A stretch of DNA of 32,000 nt from Ignicoccus islandicus DSM 13165. GTDB lineage: Archaea > Thermoproteota > Thermoprotei_A > Sulfolobales > Ignicoccaceae. A program made the translations under genes and the position numbers. The stretch is from contig NZ_CP006867.1 in assembly GCF_001481685.1 (NCBI RefSeq), positions 1-32,000 of the forward strand. The letters are read 5' to 3'. The stretch's first letter is position 1. Every line of letters starts with the position of its first letter. Positions 8,865 through 16,353 of this stretch are shown here, one piece after another. Below the pieces are notes generated by a model. The model was not told where the DNA came from, did not search any database, and saw nothing but the letters and a program-made list of their open reading frames with translations.

Positions 8865-9301
8865 TAGCCTCTGATGTTCTAACTTGTAAAGCAAATCCGA
8901 GCTCATTAATCGAAAAACTAGGGAGATTGTTGGAAACAGAAATAGAGTTCCTCGAGGACGAAACAACGAAGATAATACAAAGCAATAACGGTAAGGAACA
9001 GCTACTGGAATTCAGATGCACTGCCAAAGTCATTGAGATATATTTATCTACTAAACTGGGACTAGGAGTATGGAAAGAGGTATTAGGTGAAGAGATCACT
9101 TCGACCTTTGAATGCATTGGAGAAGGCTACGTTTCAATAGCCCGAAGCCACGTTTCACCTCTCCTAGTAGTTACAATAAGTGGCAACAAGGGGTGGTTTG
9201 AAGGCTACGTCTCGCCAAAAGGACGAAAAGTTAAAGGGACATGTCCATTCCCTATCTTGACTGAACTGGCAATTCGAACGGGGATCAAGCTCGACATTTG
9301 A
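8861..9301 (+). CDS. Hypothetical protein, translationally coupled to the C2H2 protein
   Basis: 146-aa ORF with a TTG start overlapping the upstream stop. No motif recognised. The 3' end overlaps the convergent GNAT gene by 17 nt. Confidence 0.5.
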   Translation: MIASDVLTCKANPSSLIEKLGRLLETEIEFLEDETTKIIQSNNGKEQLLEFRCTAKVIEIYLSTKLGLGVWKEVLGEEITSTFECIGEGYVSIARSHVSPLLVVTISGNKGWFEGYVSPKGRKVKGTCPFPILTELAIRTGIKLDI

Positions 9302-9761
9302 CTATGTTTCTGATCATAAGGTACGCATCTTCACCCCAGGGGTAATAATTCTTTAGTAAGTCAACTTTTTTAAAACCATTTGCTTCATAGAATTTAATAG
9401 CTCTTTGATTAGCTACACTCACTTCGAGTACAATACAATCGATACCTTTCTCACATGCTATCTCAACTATTCTTTCAAGCATTGCTTTTCCTATTCCAAT
9501 TCCTTGAAATTTGGGATCTACTGCTATATTCAAGAGGTGTATGCAACGCTTTCCTCTCTTTACTTCGACTGCTGAAAAAGCATATCCAACTATCTCATCG
9601 CCAATGAGTGCAACAATGCTCGTGTCATAGTGTAGTATTATATGACTTAGCAAAACTTGAGGTGGATATGGGTGATCGAAGGACCTTTTTTCTATTTCGT
9701 ATATCCTTTGAAGGTCTAAAATTGATGGTCTTCTGAGTTTGAGGCTTAGGGACGTCCTTTC
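9285..9761 (-). CDS. GNAT N-acetyltransferase, Ard1/RimI (N-alpha-acetyltransferase) type; start codon unresolved
   Basis: Acetyl-CoA loop FQGIGIGKAML and C-terminus KKVDLLKNYYPWGEDAYLMIRN resemble the Sulfolobus Ard1/RimI family. The tracked ORF starts at TTG 9653. The same frame upstream (to 9761) encodes LKLRRPSILDLQRIYEIEKRSFDHPYPPQV, the conserved GNAT N-terminus, with no ATG/GTG/TTG. See the finding at 9654-9766. Confidence 0.8.
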   Translation of the reverse strand, partial: ERTSLSLKLRRPSILDLQRIYEIEKRSFDHPYPPQVLLSHIILHYDTSIVALIGDEIVGYAFSAVEVKRGKRCIHLLNIAVDPKFQGIGIGKAMLERIVEIACEKGIDCIVLEVSVANQRAIKFYEANGFKKVDLLKNYYPWGEDAYLMIRNIVKCRA

Positions 9762-10076
9762 TCACCCTACTATAACTATGTTATCGGGGGAGTACCCCAT
9801 TTCTTCCAATATTTCCTTTACTCGATTCCGATGATCGCCTTGCAGTTCTATTCGTCCATTTTTCACTGTCCCGCCGGTCGCTAGCTTACTCTTTAGTTCT
9901 TTTGCTAGTTTCTTAAGTCTGGTTTCGTCCATTTTGAGTCCTTCAATTATTGTAACTTCTCTCCCCCATTTCCTTTTCTCTAGTCTTATTCTGATTAGTT
10001 CCTCTTGTTCGAGCATTAACTGTTCACATAGTTCTGGGGGCAGGCCACCGCATACTGAGGGATCTAGCATAGTCAT
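9762..10076 (-). CDS. sui1: Translation initiation factor aIF1 (SUI1)
   Basis: 104 aa. [13 protein letters not shown]..., [37 protein letters not shown] are SUI1 family hallmarks. Confidence 0.9.
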   Translation of the reverse strand: MTMLDPSVCGGLPPELCEQLMLEQEELIRIRLEKRKWGREVTIIEGLKMDETRLKKLAKELKSKLATGGTVKNGRIELQGDHRNRVKEILEEMGYSPDNIVIVG

Positions 10077-10111
10077 TTCCAGCCCTTCATGAACCCTATG
10101 TACTATTGTAC

Positions 10112-10119
10112 TTTATAAA
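10112..10119 (+). promoter_or_regulatory. TATA box for rpoP
   Basis: TTTATAAA is centred about 36 nt upstream of ATG 10151. This is consistent with a short-leader archaeal transcript. Confidence 0.45.
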
Positions 10120-10150
10120 CTCTTTTCTGAATGTTGTTTCGGGTTCAACG

Positions 10151-10303
10151 ATGAGCGTTGTCTATAAATGTGCCAGATGTGGGAAAACAGTCACACCCGA
10201 TGAGTTAGAGAGAATGAGAATGGGTGTTAAGTGCCCGTATTGCTATTATAAGGTCTTGTACAAGATCCGTACGAAGGGTACCGTCTACGTCAAAGCTATA
10301 TAG
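10151..10303 (+). CDS. rpoP: DNA-directed RNA polymerase subunit P (Rpo12/RPABC4)
   Basis: Zinc ribbon YKCARCGK...VKCPYCYYKVLYKIR. The tracked ORF begins at TTG 10106, but ATG 10151 gives the expected size of about 50 aa and sits downstream of the TATA box. Confidence 0.8.
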   Translation: MSVVYKCARCGKTVTPDELERMRMGVKCPYCYYKVLYKIRTKGTVYVKAI

Positions 10304-10356
10304 GGATGAATGGGTCCTCGAATGCTGAAGTACGTGATGAATGTAGCCCGCATGAC
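10303..10356 (+). ncRNA. Candidate C/D box sRNA (2'-O-methylation guide)
   Basis: Layout is GGGATGA (C-like), 15 nt, CTGA (D'), 5 nt, GTGATGA (perfect C'), 11 nt, ATGA (D-like), 54 nt in total. The second guide ATGTAGCCCGC is complementary to GCGGGCTACA, which I recall as part of a conserved archaeal 16S segment. The outer boxes are degenerate and the first spacer is long. Confidence 0.3.
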
Positions 10357-10376
10357 CTTAGGAGGTAATAATAATT

Positions 10377-11108
10377 ATGCGCTTGCATACATTAGGAACT
10401 GGCCCAGCTTCCGGGTGGCCATCCTACGGTGTTCCTAAAAATAAATTGAGAAGGCCTAGTACGTACCTCGTGGAATGTGGAAACGACGCAATATTTATCG
10501 ATACCGGATCAATAGAAGCGGTCATTGAAGGCATCAGGAGAGTAAGGAAAGTGAGTACCGTATTAATTTCTCATGCACATCTCGATCACTGGTCTGGAAT
10601 AAACAATCTTCGTTGGGGACCTAAGGTACCAGTCTATCTAACAAAGGAAACGCTAGAACATCGTTATTTTTCTGAAATACGAGAAGCACCTTTCTCCTTA
10701 GTCCTAAATACGGTTGAACCCTTTAGGGAATTTGAAGTCGGTAACGTTAAAATAACGCCATTCCCATTGTTGCATATCGAAGGAACGGTAGGCTTCCTCA
10801 TTAAGTGTCACGATGTGAACCTAGCTTACGCCCTTGACACGAAGGGTCTACCTAAAGAGACAATAAATTTCTTAGTTGAAAACGAAACCAAATATCTAAT
10901 AATAGATAGTTCACTAAGACCGGGCGAAGACGGTAACCACAATTCTTATTTGGATGCAATAACTATAGCTAAGGAAATAGGGGCACAACTAACCTTCCTC
11001 GTCCACCTCCTCCCTCATTTAACGGAAAACGAAATTATCGAGGCAGCCAATAATTACGGCGTGCTCATTAGAATACCAGATGACGGAGAAACGTTTCAAC
11101 TTACATAA
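10377..11108 (+). CDS. MBL-fold metallo-hydrolase (PhnP/PqqB-like by overall pattern)
   Basis: 243 aa. HxHxDH motif ISHAHLDHWSG and a downstream His/Asp pattern (PLLHIEGT, YALDTKG, VHLLPH). An SD-like GGAGGT lies 10 nt upstream of the ATG. Confidence 0.8.
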   Translation: MRLHTLGTGPASGWPSYGVPKNKLRRPSTYLVECGNDAIFIDTGSIEAVIEGIRRVRKVSTVLISHAHLDHWSGINNLRWGPKVPVYLTKETLEHRYFSEIREAPFSLVLNTVEPFREFEVGNVKITPFPLLHIEGTVGFLIKCHDVNLAYALDTKGLPKETINFLVENETKYLIIDSSLRPGEDGNHNSYLDAITIAKEIGAQLTFLVHLLPHLTENEIIEAANNYGVLIRIPDDGETFQLT

Positions 11109-11165
11109 CGCAATAAACTATAAGGACAAATGAGCTAACGTAGTCTAACGGTAAGGTGACTAAAA

Positions 11166-11609
11166 TTGCCTTATACGTGTATTTCTATTGAAGAGACATT
11201 TCCTGCGGCGCATTACACAAACCCAAGGCTTTCACCAGCAGGCACTCTTCACGGCCATAACTGGAAGGTGAAAGTTACTGTTTGCAAGGAAGGGAAAAGT
11301 GGATGGGTAATAGATGCCGTTAAACTAAGAGAGCTAGTAAGTGAAATCGTTGATCCCTTCCGCTTCAGCTTAATCGTACCAGAACAAGACGCGAGGTTAT
11401 GGTTACAACGAAACGGACTACGAGATATGATAGAGGAAAACATTGGTGTGAAAGTTAGAATTGCTGTATTGCCATATCCCCTTGTTTCAGCAGAGACAAT
11501 GGCCCATTACGTTCACAGTCGCTTAAGCGAGGAATTAACAGTAGATTGCTTGAAAGTGGAAGTCGAGGAATCCCCTGGCGAGGTAGCGACGTACGACGAA
11601 TGTATATGA
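11166..11609 (+). CDS. queD: 6-pyruvoyl-tetrahydropterin synthase / QueD family protein (COG0720), divergent
   Basis: 147 aa. FPAAHY...LHGHNWKVKV matches the zinc-binding His triad of PTPS/QueD. TTG start is 6 nt after AGGTGA. The Cys of the QueD CxxxHGH signature is Ala here (AGTLHGH), so the QueD assignment is tentative and rests partly on queE lying nearby. Confidence 0.55.
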   Translation: MPYTCISIEETFPAAHYTNPRLSPAGTLHGHNWKVKVTVCKEGKSGWVIDAVKLRELVSEIVDPFRFSLIVPEQDARLWLQRNGLRDMIEENIGVKVRIAVLPYPLVSAETMAHYVHSRLSEELTVDCLKVEVEESPGEVATYDECI

Positions 11610-12532
11610 GGTTAATGAAAACATTGCCGAAGATAGTAGTTTTAGGGACCTCGGCTGCAACCCCGAAACCAAAGAGACATCTTTCATCTTATTACTTTGA
11701 ACATGAGGGAATCGGAATACTACTTGACGCTGGTGAAGGAACCCAATACCAACTAATGAGAGCGGGAATAAGGTTCTCAAAGATTAAGGTAGTTGTAATT
11801 AGTCACTTACATGGGGACCACGTCCTAGGTCTTCCGGGATTAATTGAAACAATGAGTATGGGAAGTCGTAGAGAGGAATTACAGATAATTGCTCCGAAAG
11901 GAATTCGCGAACTCTTGGAATGTTCCTTTAAGTACACTTACTTCAAACCCTCTTTCCCAATTTATATCTTTGAAATAGAGGAAAATGAAGAGTTTGAGAT
12001 GAGCATTGGAAATTACGTAAGAGTAAAGGTATTTCCAGTAAATCATATAGTCCCGTCAATTGGTACGAAGATAACGGTTGGCGGAAAACGAAAAGTAATG
12101 AAAGAAAAGCTAGAAGAAATGGGAGTTCCGAAGCGACTCTGGGCGAAGATACAAAATTGTGAAGACGTTCACTTCCGCGGTCAACGTTTAAGCTGCGATG
12201 AGTTCACTATTCCCCCCAAAGAGCTTAAGATCGTTTACTCCGGAGATACGGCACCATGCACTAGGATCATCAATGAATCCGAAAACGCCGATGTGCTAAT
12301 ACATGAAGCTACTTTCACAAAGGAATTGAAAGATGAGGCAAATGAGAGAGGTCACTCAACTGCTATGGACGCAGCTATCGTAGCTTCAAAGGCAAAGGTC
12401 AAGATGCTGGTACTAACTCATTTTTCTGCAAGATATGAGAACTTGGGAAAATTCCTCGATGAGGCAAAACAGTTCTTTGAGAATACTTACTTAGCAAGCG
12501 AGTTCATGAAGATAATAGTAAAAAGAGATTAG
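11606..12532 (+). CDS. rnz: Ribonuclease Z (tRNA 3' endonuclease)
   Basis: LGTSAATPKPKRHLSSYY...LLDAGEGTQYQL and ISHLHGDHVLGLPGL are RNase Z motifs, with C-terminal HSTA and THFSARY. I prefer ATG 11606, which overlaps the upstream stop (ATGA), over the longer tracked start at 11546. Confidence 0.9.
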   Translation: MRLMKTLPKIVVLGTSAATPKPKRHLSSYYFEHEGIGILLDAGEGTQYQLMRAGIRFSKIKVVVISHLHGDHVLGLPGLIETMSMGSRREELQIIAPKGIRELLECSFKYTYFKPSFPIYIFEIEENEEFEMSIGNYVRVKVFPVNHIVPSIGTKITVGGKRKVMKEKLEEMGVPKRLWAKIQNCEDVHFRGQRLSCDEFTIPPKELKIVYSGDTAPCTRIINESENADVLIHEATFTKELKDEANERGHSTAMDAAIVASKAKVKMLVLTHFSARYENLGKFLDEAKQFFENTYLASEFMKIIVKRD

Positions 12533-12538
12533 TTGTTA

Positions 12539-12546
12539 TTTATAAA
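12539..12546 (+). promoter_or_regulatory. TATA box for rpl7ae
   Basis: TTTATAAA lies immediately after the rnz stop. GAGGTGG is an SD-like element at 12573-12579, ahead of ATG 12581/12587. Confidence 0.45.
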
Positions 12547-12586
12547 GCCCCATACTCCACCACACATGACGAGAGGTGGTATGAGG

Positions 12587-12973
12587 ATGAGCAAGCCCAT
12601 GTATGTTAGATTTGAAGTTCCACCGGAGTTAGCTGAAAAGGCTTACGAAGCCCTTAGAAAAGCCAGAGAGACCGGAGGAAAGATAAAGAAAGGTACTAAC
12701 GAAACTACTAAAGCAGTTGAAAAGGGTCAAGCCAAGCTAGTACTAATTGCAGAAGACGTAGATCCACCAGAGATAGTAGCCCACCTACCGTACCTATGCG
12801 ATGAGAAGAAGATACCCTATGTATATGTGCCAAGTAAGAAGAAGTTGGGTGAGGCGGCTGGTATAGAAGTTCAAGCTGCCAGTGCAGCCATTATCGATCC
12901 AGCCGGCGCTAAGGACTTGGTAGAAGAAATAATAAAGGAAGTAAATGAGATAAGGGCTAAGAGTGGAGCCTAA
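12587..12973 (+). CDS. rpl7ae: Ribosomal protein L7Ae (K-turn binding; component of C/D and H/ACA RNPs)
   Basis: [88 protein letters not shown] is unmistakably L7Ae. The start is ATG 12587 or 12581; the tracked 12533 start runs through the TATA box. Confidence 0.95.
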   Translation: MSKPMYVRFEVPPELAEKAYEALRKARETGGKIKKGTNETTKAVEKGQAKLVLIAEDVDPPEIVAHLPYLCDEKKIPYVYVPSKKKLGEAAGIEVQAASAAIIDPAGAKDLVEEIIKEVNEIRAKSGA

Positions 12974-12983
12974 GGGTAATTTC

Positions 12984-13643
12984 ATGATTTTTATAATAGA
13001 GAAATTTGTCTCGGTTCAGGGGGAAGGCCTAAACGTAGGCACCCCAGCTCTCTTCATTAGATTAGCTCAATGTAATTTGCGTTGTCCTTGGTGCGATACA
13101 AAGTACAGCTGGAGGAAGGGTACTCCTATATCAATTGAGGACTTGGTAAACTACGTACTTGACGAGAACCTACCCCTTGTGGTATTGACCGGTGGAGAAC
13201 CCTTAATTTATTCTTACGAAATCGCTGAATTTTTGAGGCGATTACGAGAAAGAGGTTATGAAGGTAAGGTTCAGATAGAAACGAATGGTACGATAGAACC
13301 TAGGCCCCTTAGGGGATTTGATAACTATGTTCTAAGCATAAGTCCGAAAGTCACTTGCGTTTACAAAGTATACTTTGTTAACCTAATAAAGAGAATTATT
13401 AATAATTATAACGTTTTGGAAATAAAAATAGTAGTATCCAATGATGATATCAAGTGCTTAAGGCAATTTATAGATGAATTAGGTGACGTCGAAGTTCCAT
13501 TGATTGTTCAACCCTTGCATAGGCCTAATTCGAACTATGCAATGGATTCGAAAGCGATAGTAGAAGAGATTTTGTCGGATCCGTCTCTACGAAGAAAAGT
13601 TAGAGTAATACCTCAATTACATAAACTGATTGGAATTAAATAA
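12984..13643 (+). CDS. queE: 7-carboxy-7-deazaguanine synthase QueE (radical SAM)
   Basis: FVSVQGEGLNVGTPALFIRLAQCNLRCPWCDTKYSW carries the Cx3Cx2C cluster in a QueE-type context. LTGGEPL is also present. ATG 12984 is preferred over GTG 12963. Confidence 0.85.
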   Translation: MIFIIEKFVSVQGEGLNVGTPALFIRLAQCNLRCPWCDTKYSWRKGTPISIEDLVNYVLDENLPLVVLTGGEPLIYSYEIAEFLRRLRERGYEGKVQIETNGTIEPRPLRGFDNYVLSISPKVTCVYKVYFVNLIKRIINNYNVLEIKIVVSNDDIKCLRQFIDELGDVEVPLIVQPLHRPNSNYAMDSKAIVEEILSDPSLRRKVRVIPQLHKLIGIK

Positions 13644-14540
13644 TTAACCAACGTAGAAAGTACACTCTTCACAATCGGCCTTAAACACGTCTCTAAAACT
13701 AGTTAGATTACCGGTAGTACTGAGAACTTTGAGAACTTCATTCGCCTTAACTGTTTCGCCTGCATATTTTCTCGTAGGTATATCTTTGGGGTCCGGAACT
13801 ATACTTTTTGAGAAGTATATAGATACAGTGTAGCTAGAGTAGTCCCAACCAATTGAAGAATATATTGGGTAGACAACCACTGGTGCCGTTGTTCCTGAAG
13901 GTAAGAATTCGACTAGGTTATATACTTCTATTATCTCATCGCTATTGTTACAGATGTTATCTTTATAATCATTTAAGGTACCTTCAATGTTCTCCTTGTT
14001 ACATTCAAACGTAGCAGCAGTCACATTGATTATCGTAGTCGAGTTCCTACATATTAGTAAAACGTTCGTCACGTTTTCGCCCTTCATGTTCTTTGGAACT
14101 AATGGAGAGTAGGTTACGTTTGTGATTGCGTATGTGAAATTGAGTGCTAAGGAGGAATTACCAACGTTCCATACGTTTCTAAGTAGCTCTGCCGTCTTGC
14201 TTCCCGTATTTATGCTAATTAGAGTGTTCCCGAGCGTCCCTGCTTTTAATCTGATATCGCTTAGCCACCACGAGCCTCCCTCGGTTTCTTGGACGCAAGC
14301 TACTGGAACTATGTCTTCTTTATTATCATTATCGAGGTCTACCTTAGCCTGAATTACTCCTAGCACCTTTACAGGGGGATTTAACGATATAATTACTTGT
14401 TCTTGTCTACTCTCGAGAGCTTGTGACTGCTTGTTCGTTGAAGAAAGTAGGTATGTTCCAAATAAGGCTGCTGCGCCTAGGAATAGGACTATTAGTATTA
14501 ATATTTCAACTATATTGATTACGCCTTTTGTCATAGTCAT
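13644..14540 (-). CDS. Type IV pilin-like (class III signal peptide) secreted glycoprotein
   Basis: The N-terminus MTMTKG|VINIVEILILIVLFLGAAALF has a short basic leader, KG, then a hydrophobic helix, which fits a PibD-type prepilin signal. There are at least eight N-x-S/T sequons (NSS, NFT, NVT x3, NST, NNS, NLT) and seven Cys. Its stop abuts the queE stop with 0 nt between them. Confidence 0.6.
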   Translation of the reverse strand: MTMTKGVINIVEILILIVLFLGAAALFGTYLLSSTNKQSQALESRQEQVIISLNPPVKVLGVIQAKVDLDNDNKEDIVPVACVQETEGGSWWLSDIRLKAGTLGNTLISINTGSKTAELLRNVWNVGNSSLALNFTYAITNVTYSPLVPKNMKGENVTNVLLICRNSTTIINVTAATFECNKENIEGTLNDYKDNICNNSDEIIEVYNLVEFLPSGTTAPVVVYPIYSSIGWDYSSYTVSIYFSKSIVPDPKDIPTRKYAGETVKANEVLKVLSTTGNLTSFRDVFKADCEECTFYVG

Positions 14541-14624
14541 CTCTTCACAATCCTCGAAGAAATTTGTAATATTGGTAATTAAAATTAAGGACCGTGAATT
14601 GCGAGCATTATTGGTAACGCTAAA

Positions 14625-15530
14625 TTGACCTCGTTGGAAGTGGAGGTTGGAGGCCTTAAGTTAAAGCTACCCTTCATGCAAGCTTCAGGTATACTAGGAG
14701 GAAATCCCGAAGCTTTGGAAATAGTGGCTAAGGGTGACGTAGGTGCATTGGTAACTAAATCGATTACACCTAGACCTAGGAAGGGAAACGATCCACCTAT
14801 AATAATTGAGACTGAATGCGGCTACGTTAATGCGGTAGGACTTTCCAATCCAGGCAAGGAGGCAATTCCCAAACTCGTAGATGTTGGGAAGAAATACGGT
14901 CTGCCAGTTATAGTATCTGTCGCTGGAACCAATGAGGAAGAGTTCGCTGAAGTTGCATGGATGGCGGAGGACTCGGGAGCTTCGGCAGTCGAACTGAACC
15001 TATCTTGTCCCCATGCTAAAGGTATGGGACTGGAAATTGGTATGGATTTGAGTTTAAGTTCGGAGATAGTCAGAACGGTAACTACAACTACGAAGATACC
15101 AGTTTTCGTGAAATTGGGATACATGGATTCGCTCGTCAATACGGCATCCAAACTACTAGAATTGGGCGTTGACGCACTAGTTTTGATAAATACGGTACGA
15201 GCCATGAAAGTTGATATATATGCACTAAAGCCCGTACTTACAAACAAAGTTGGAGGTCTTTCTGGAAGGGCAATCAAACCGATAGCTGTGAGAGCTATTT
15301 ACGAAGTCTACAAGGAACTAAGGGCACCAATAATAGGAGTCGGGGGCATTAGCAAATGGCAAGATGTTGTCGAGTTCATGCTAGTAGGTGCAAGAGCAGT
15401 GCAAGTAGGTTCAGCGTTAATAGAGAAAGGTATCGAGGTGTTTAGCGAATTAAAGGCGGGATTATTGCACTGGATGCAAGAAATGGAATATAAAAACATA
15501 GATGAGTTCGTAGGGATTGCTGTGGATTGA
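14625..15530 (+). CDS. pyrD: Dihydroorotate dehydrogenase, catalytic subunit (class 1)
   Basis: 301 aa. MQASGILG, VTKSITPRPRKGNDPP, NAVGLSNPG, ELNLSCPHAKG, GLSGRAIKPIA and IGVGGI are PyrD class 1 motifs. TTG start. Confidence 0.9.
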   Translation: MTSLEVEVGGLKLKLPFMQASGILGGNPEALEIVAKGDVGALVTKSITPRPRKGNDPPIIIETECGYVNAVGLSNPGKEAIPKLVDVGKKYGLPVIVSVAGTNEEEFAEVAWMAEDSGASAVELNLSCPHAKGMGLEIGMDLSLSSEIVRTVTTTTKIPVFVKLGYMDSLVNTASKLLELGVDALVLINTVRAMKVDIYALKPVLTNKVGGLSGRAIKPIAVRAIYEVYKELRAPIIGVGGISKWQDVVEFMLVGARAVQVGSALIEKGIEVFSELKAGLLHWMQEMEYKNIDEFVGIAVD

Positions 15531-15575
15531 TATTTAAATGAGATACAGACGTTAGAAGTTTGGAGGATCGAACGC

Positions 15576-15809
15576 ATGGCCCGCGTATATTTGCTTATTA
15601 AGACGAAGTCTGGCAAAGAAAATGAAGTTCATTCTCAGTTAAAGAATTTAGAATACGTAAAAATGGTAGACGTCGTAACTGGTCCAGTAGATGTAGTAGC
15701 AGTTTTCGAAGCAGATAACCTATCTAAAATTGAAAACGTCATACTCGAGAAGGTTCGAAAAATAGAAGGCGTTGACGAGACAACTACTCTAATATCGCTC
15801 ACCGATTAG
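15576..15809 (+). CDS. Stand-alone Lrp/AsnC-type ligand-binding (RAM) domain protein
   Basis: 77 aa. The beta-alpha-beta-beta-alpha-beta pattern VYLLIKTKSGKENEV...VKMVDVVTGPVDVVAVFEADNLSKIENVILEKVRKIEGV is typical of small RAM-domain proteins. A TATA-like ATTTAAAT lies at about 15532. Confidence 0.65.
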   Translation: MARVYLLIKTKSGKENEVHSQLKNLEYVKMVDVVTGPVDVVAVFEADNLSKIENVILEKVRKIEGVDETTTLISLTD

Positions 15810-15918
15810 ACCACACTCTTATTATACGTAAGGTATTTTTCATAACTTAACTAATTACGTTTATATAGAGATTTAAGAGAAGAGATAGGGCCAACGTCCC
15901 AATGCGTTTGTTAATTCC

Positions 15919-16299
15919 TTACGCCTCTACCTTTTCAATTATTGTTTTCTCGTAGTTGTCTTTGTCGTATATGGTTGTCACTCTGTAAACGTTGTTACCT
16001 ATCTGCCATAGTTCCACGTCCTCGTTATCATCTGAGTAATCCTCAATCAAGATAGCATCCATTGGAATAACTACAACATATCTTTCATATACCTTTTCAT
16101 AACTCAAATGAAGACCGGTTGTGCATATAACGGGGGCCCTTTCGCGAGTTGAAAGCATTATTCCCTCCAATATGCCATATGCTTCCTTTTTTCTACTCAA
16201 ACAACTCATAAGCCTCTCTCTTGGTACGTTGTTATCCATCATCTCTTCGACAACAAAGACGAAGGGCTCATCAACCATTTTCACGTACCACCTCGTCAC
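15919..16299 (-). CDS. Hypothetical protein
   Basis: 126-aa ORF, 54 nt downstream of argG on the same strand. No motif recognised. Confidence 0.45.
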   Translation of the reverse strand: MTRWYVKMVDEPFVFVVEEMMDNNVPRERLMSCLSRKKEAYGILEGIMLSTRERAPVICTTGLHLSYEKVYERYVVVIPMDAILIEDYSDDNEDVELWQIGNNVYRVTTIYDKDNYEKTIIEKVEA

Positions 16300-16353
16300 C
16301 TAATCGAACTACTCAAAATAAGCTCAAGCGGTATAGCTCTTAAGTTAATTGCC

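Noticed and set aside
8737-9117. 126-aa minus-strand ORF antisense to the C2H2/ORF146 cassette
   Set aside because: It spans the junction of two better-supported coupled plus-strand ORFs, is low-complexity (S/L-rich), and has no start context.
12557-12579. Hairpin CCACC-N13-GGTGG upstream of rpl7ae as a possible K-turn for L7Ae autoregulation
   Set aside because: Autoregulatory K-turns in L7Ae leaders are described in the literature. Here the 5' arm is not followed by a 3-nt bulge plus GA; only the 3' side has GA next to the stem. The TATA box at 12539-12546 predicts a transcription start near 12569, inside the hairpin.
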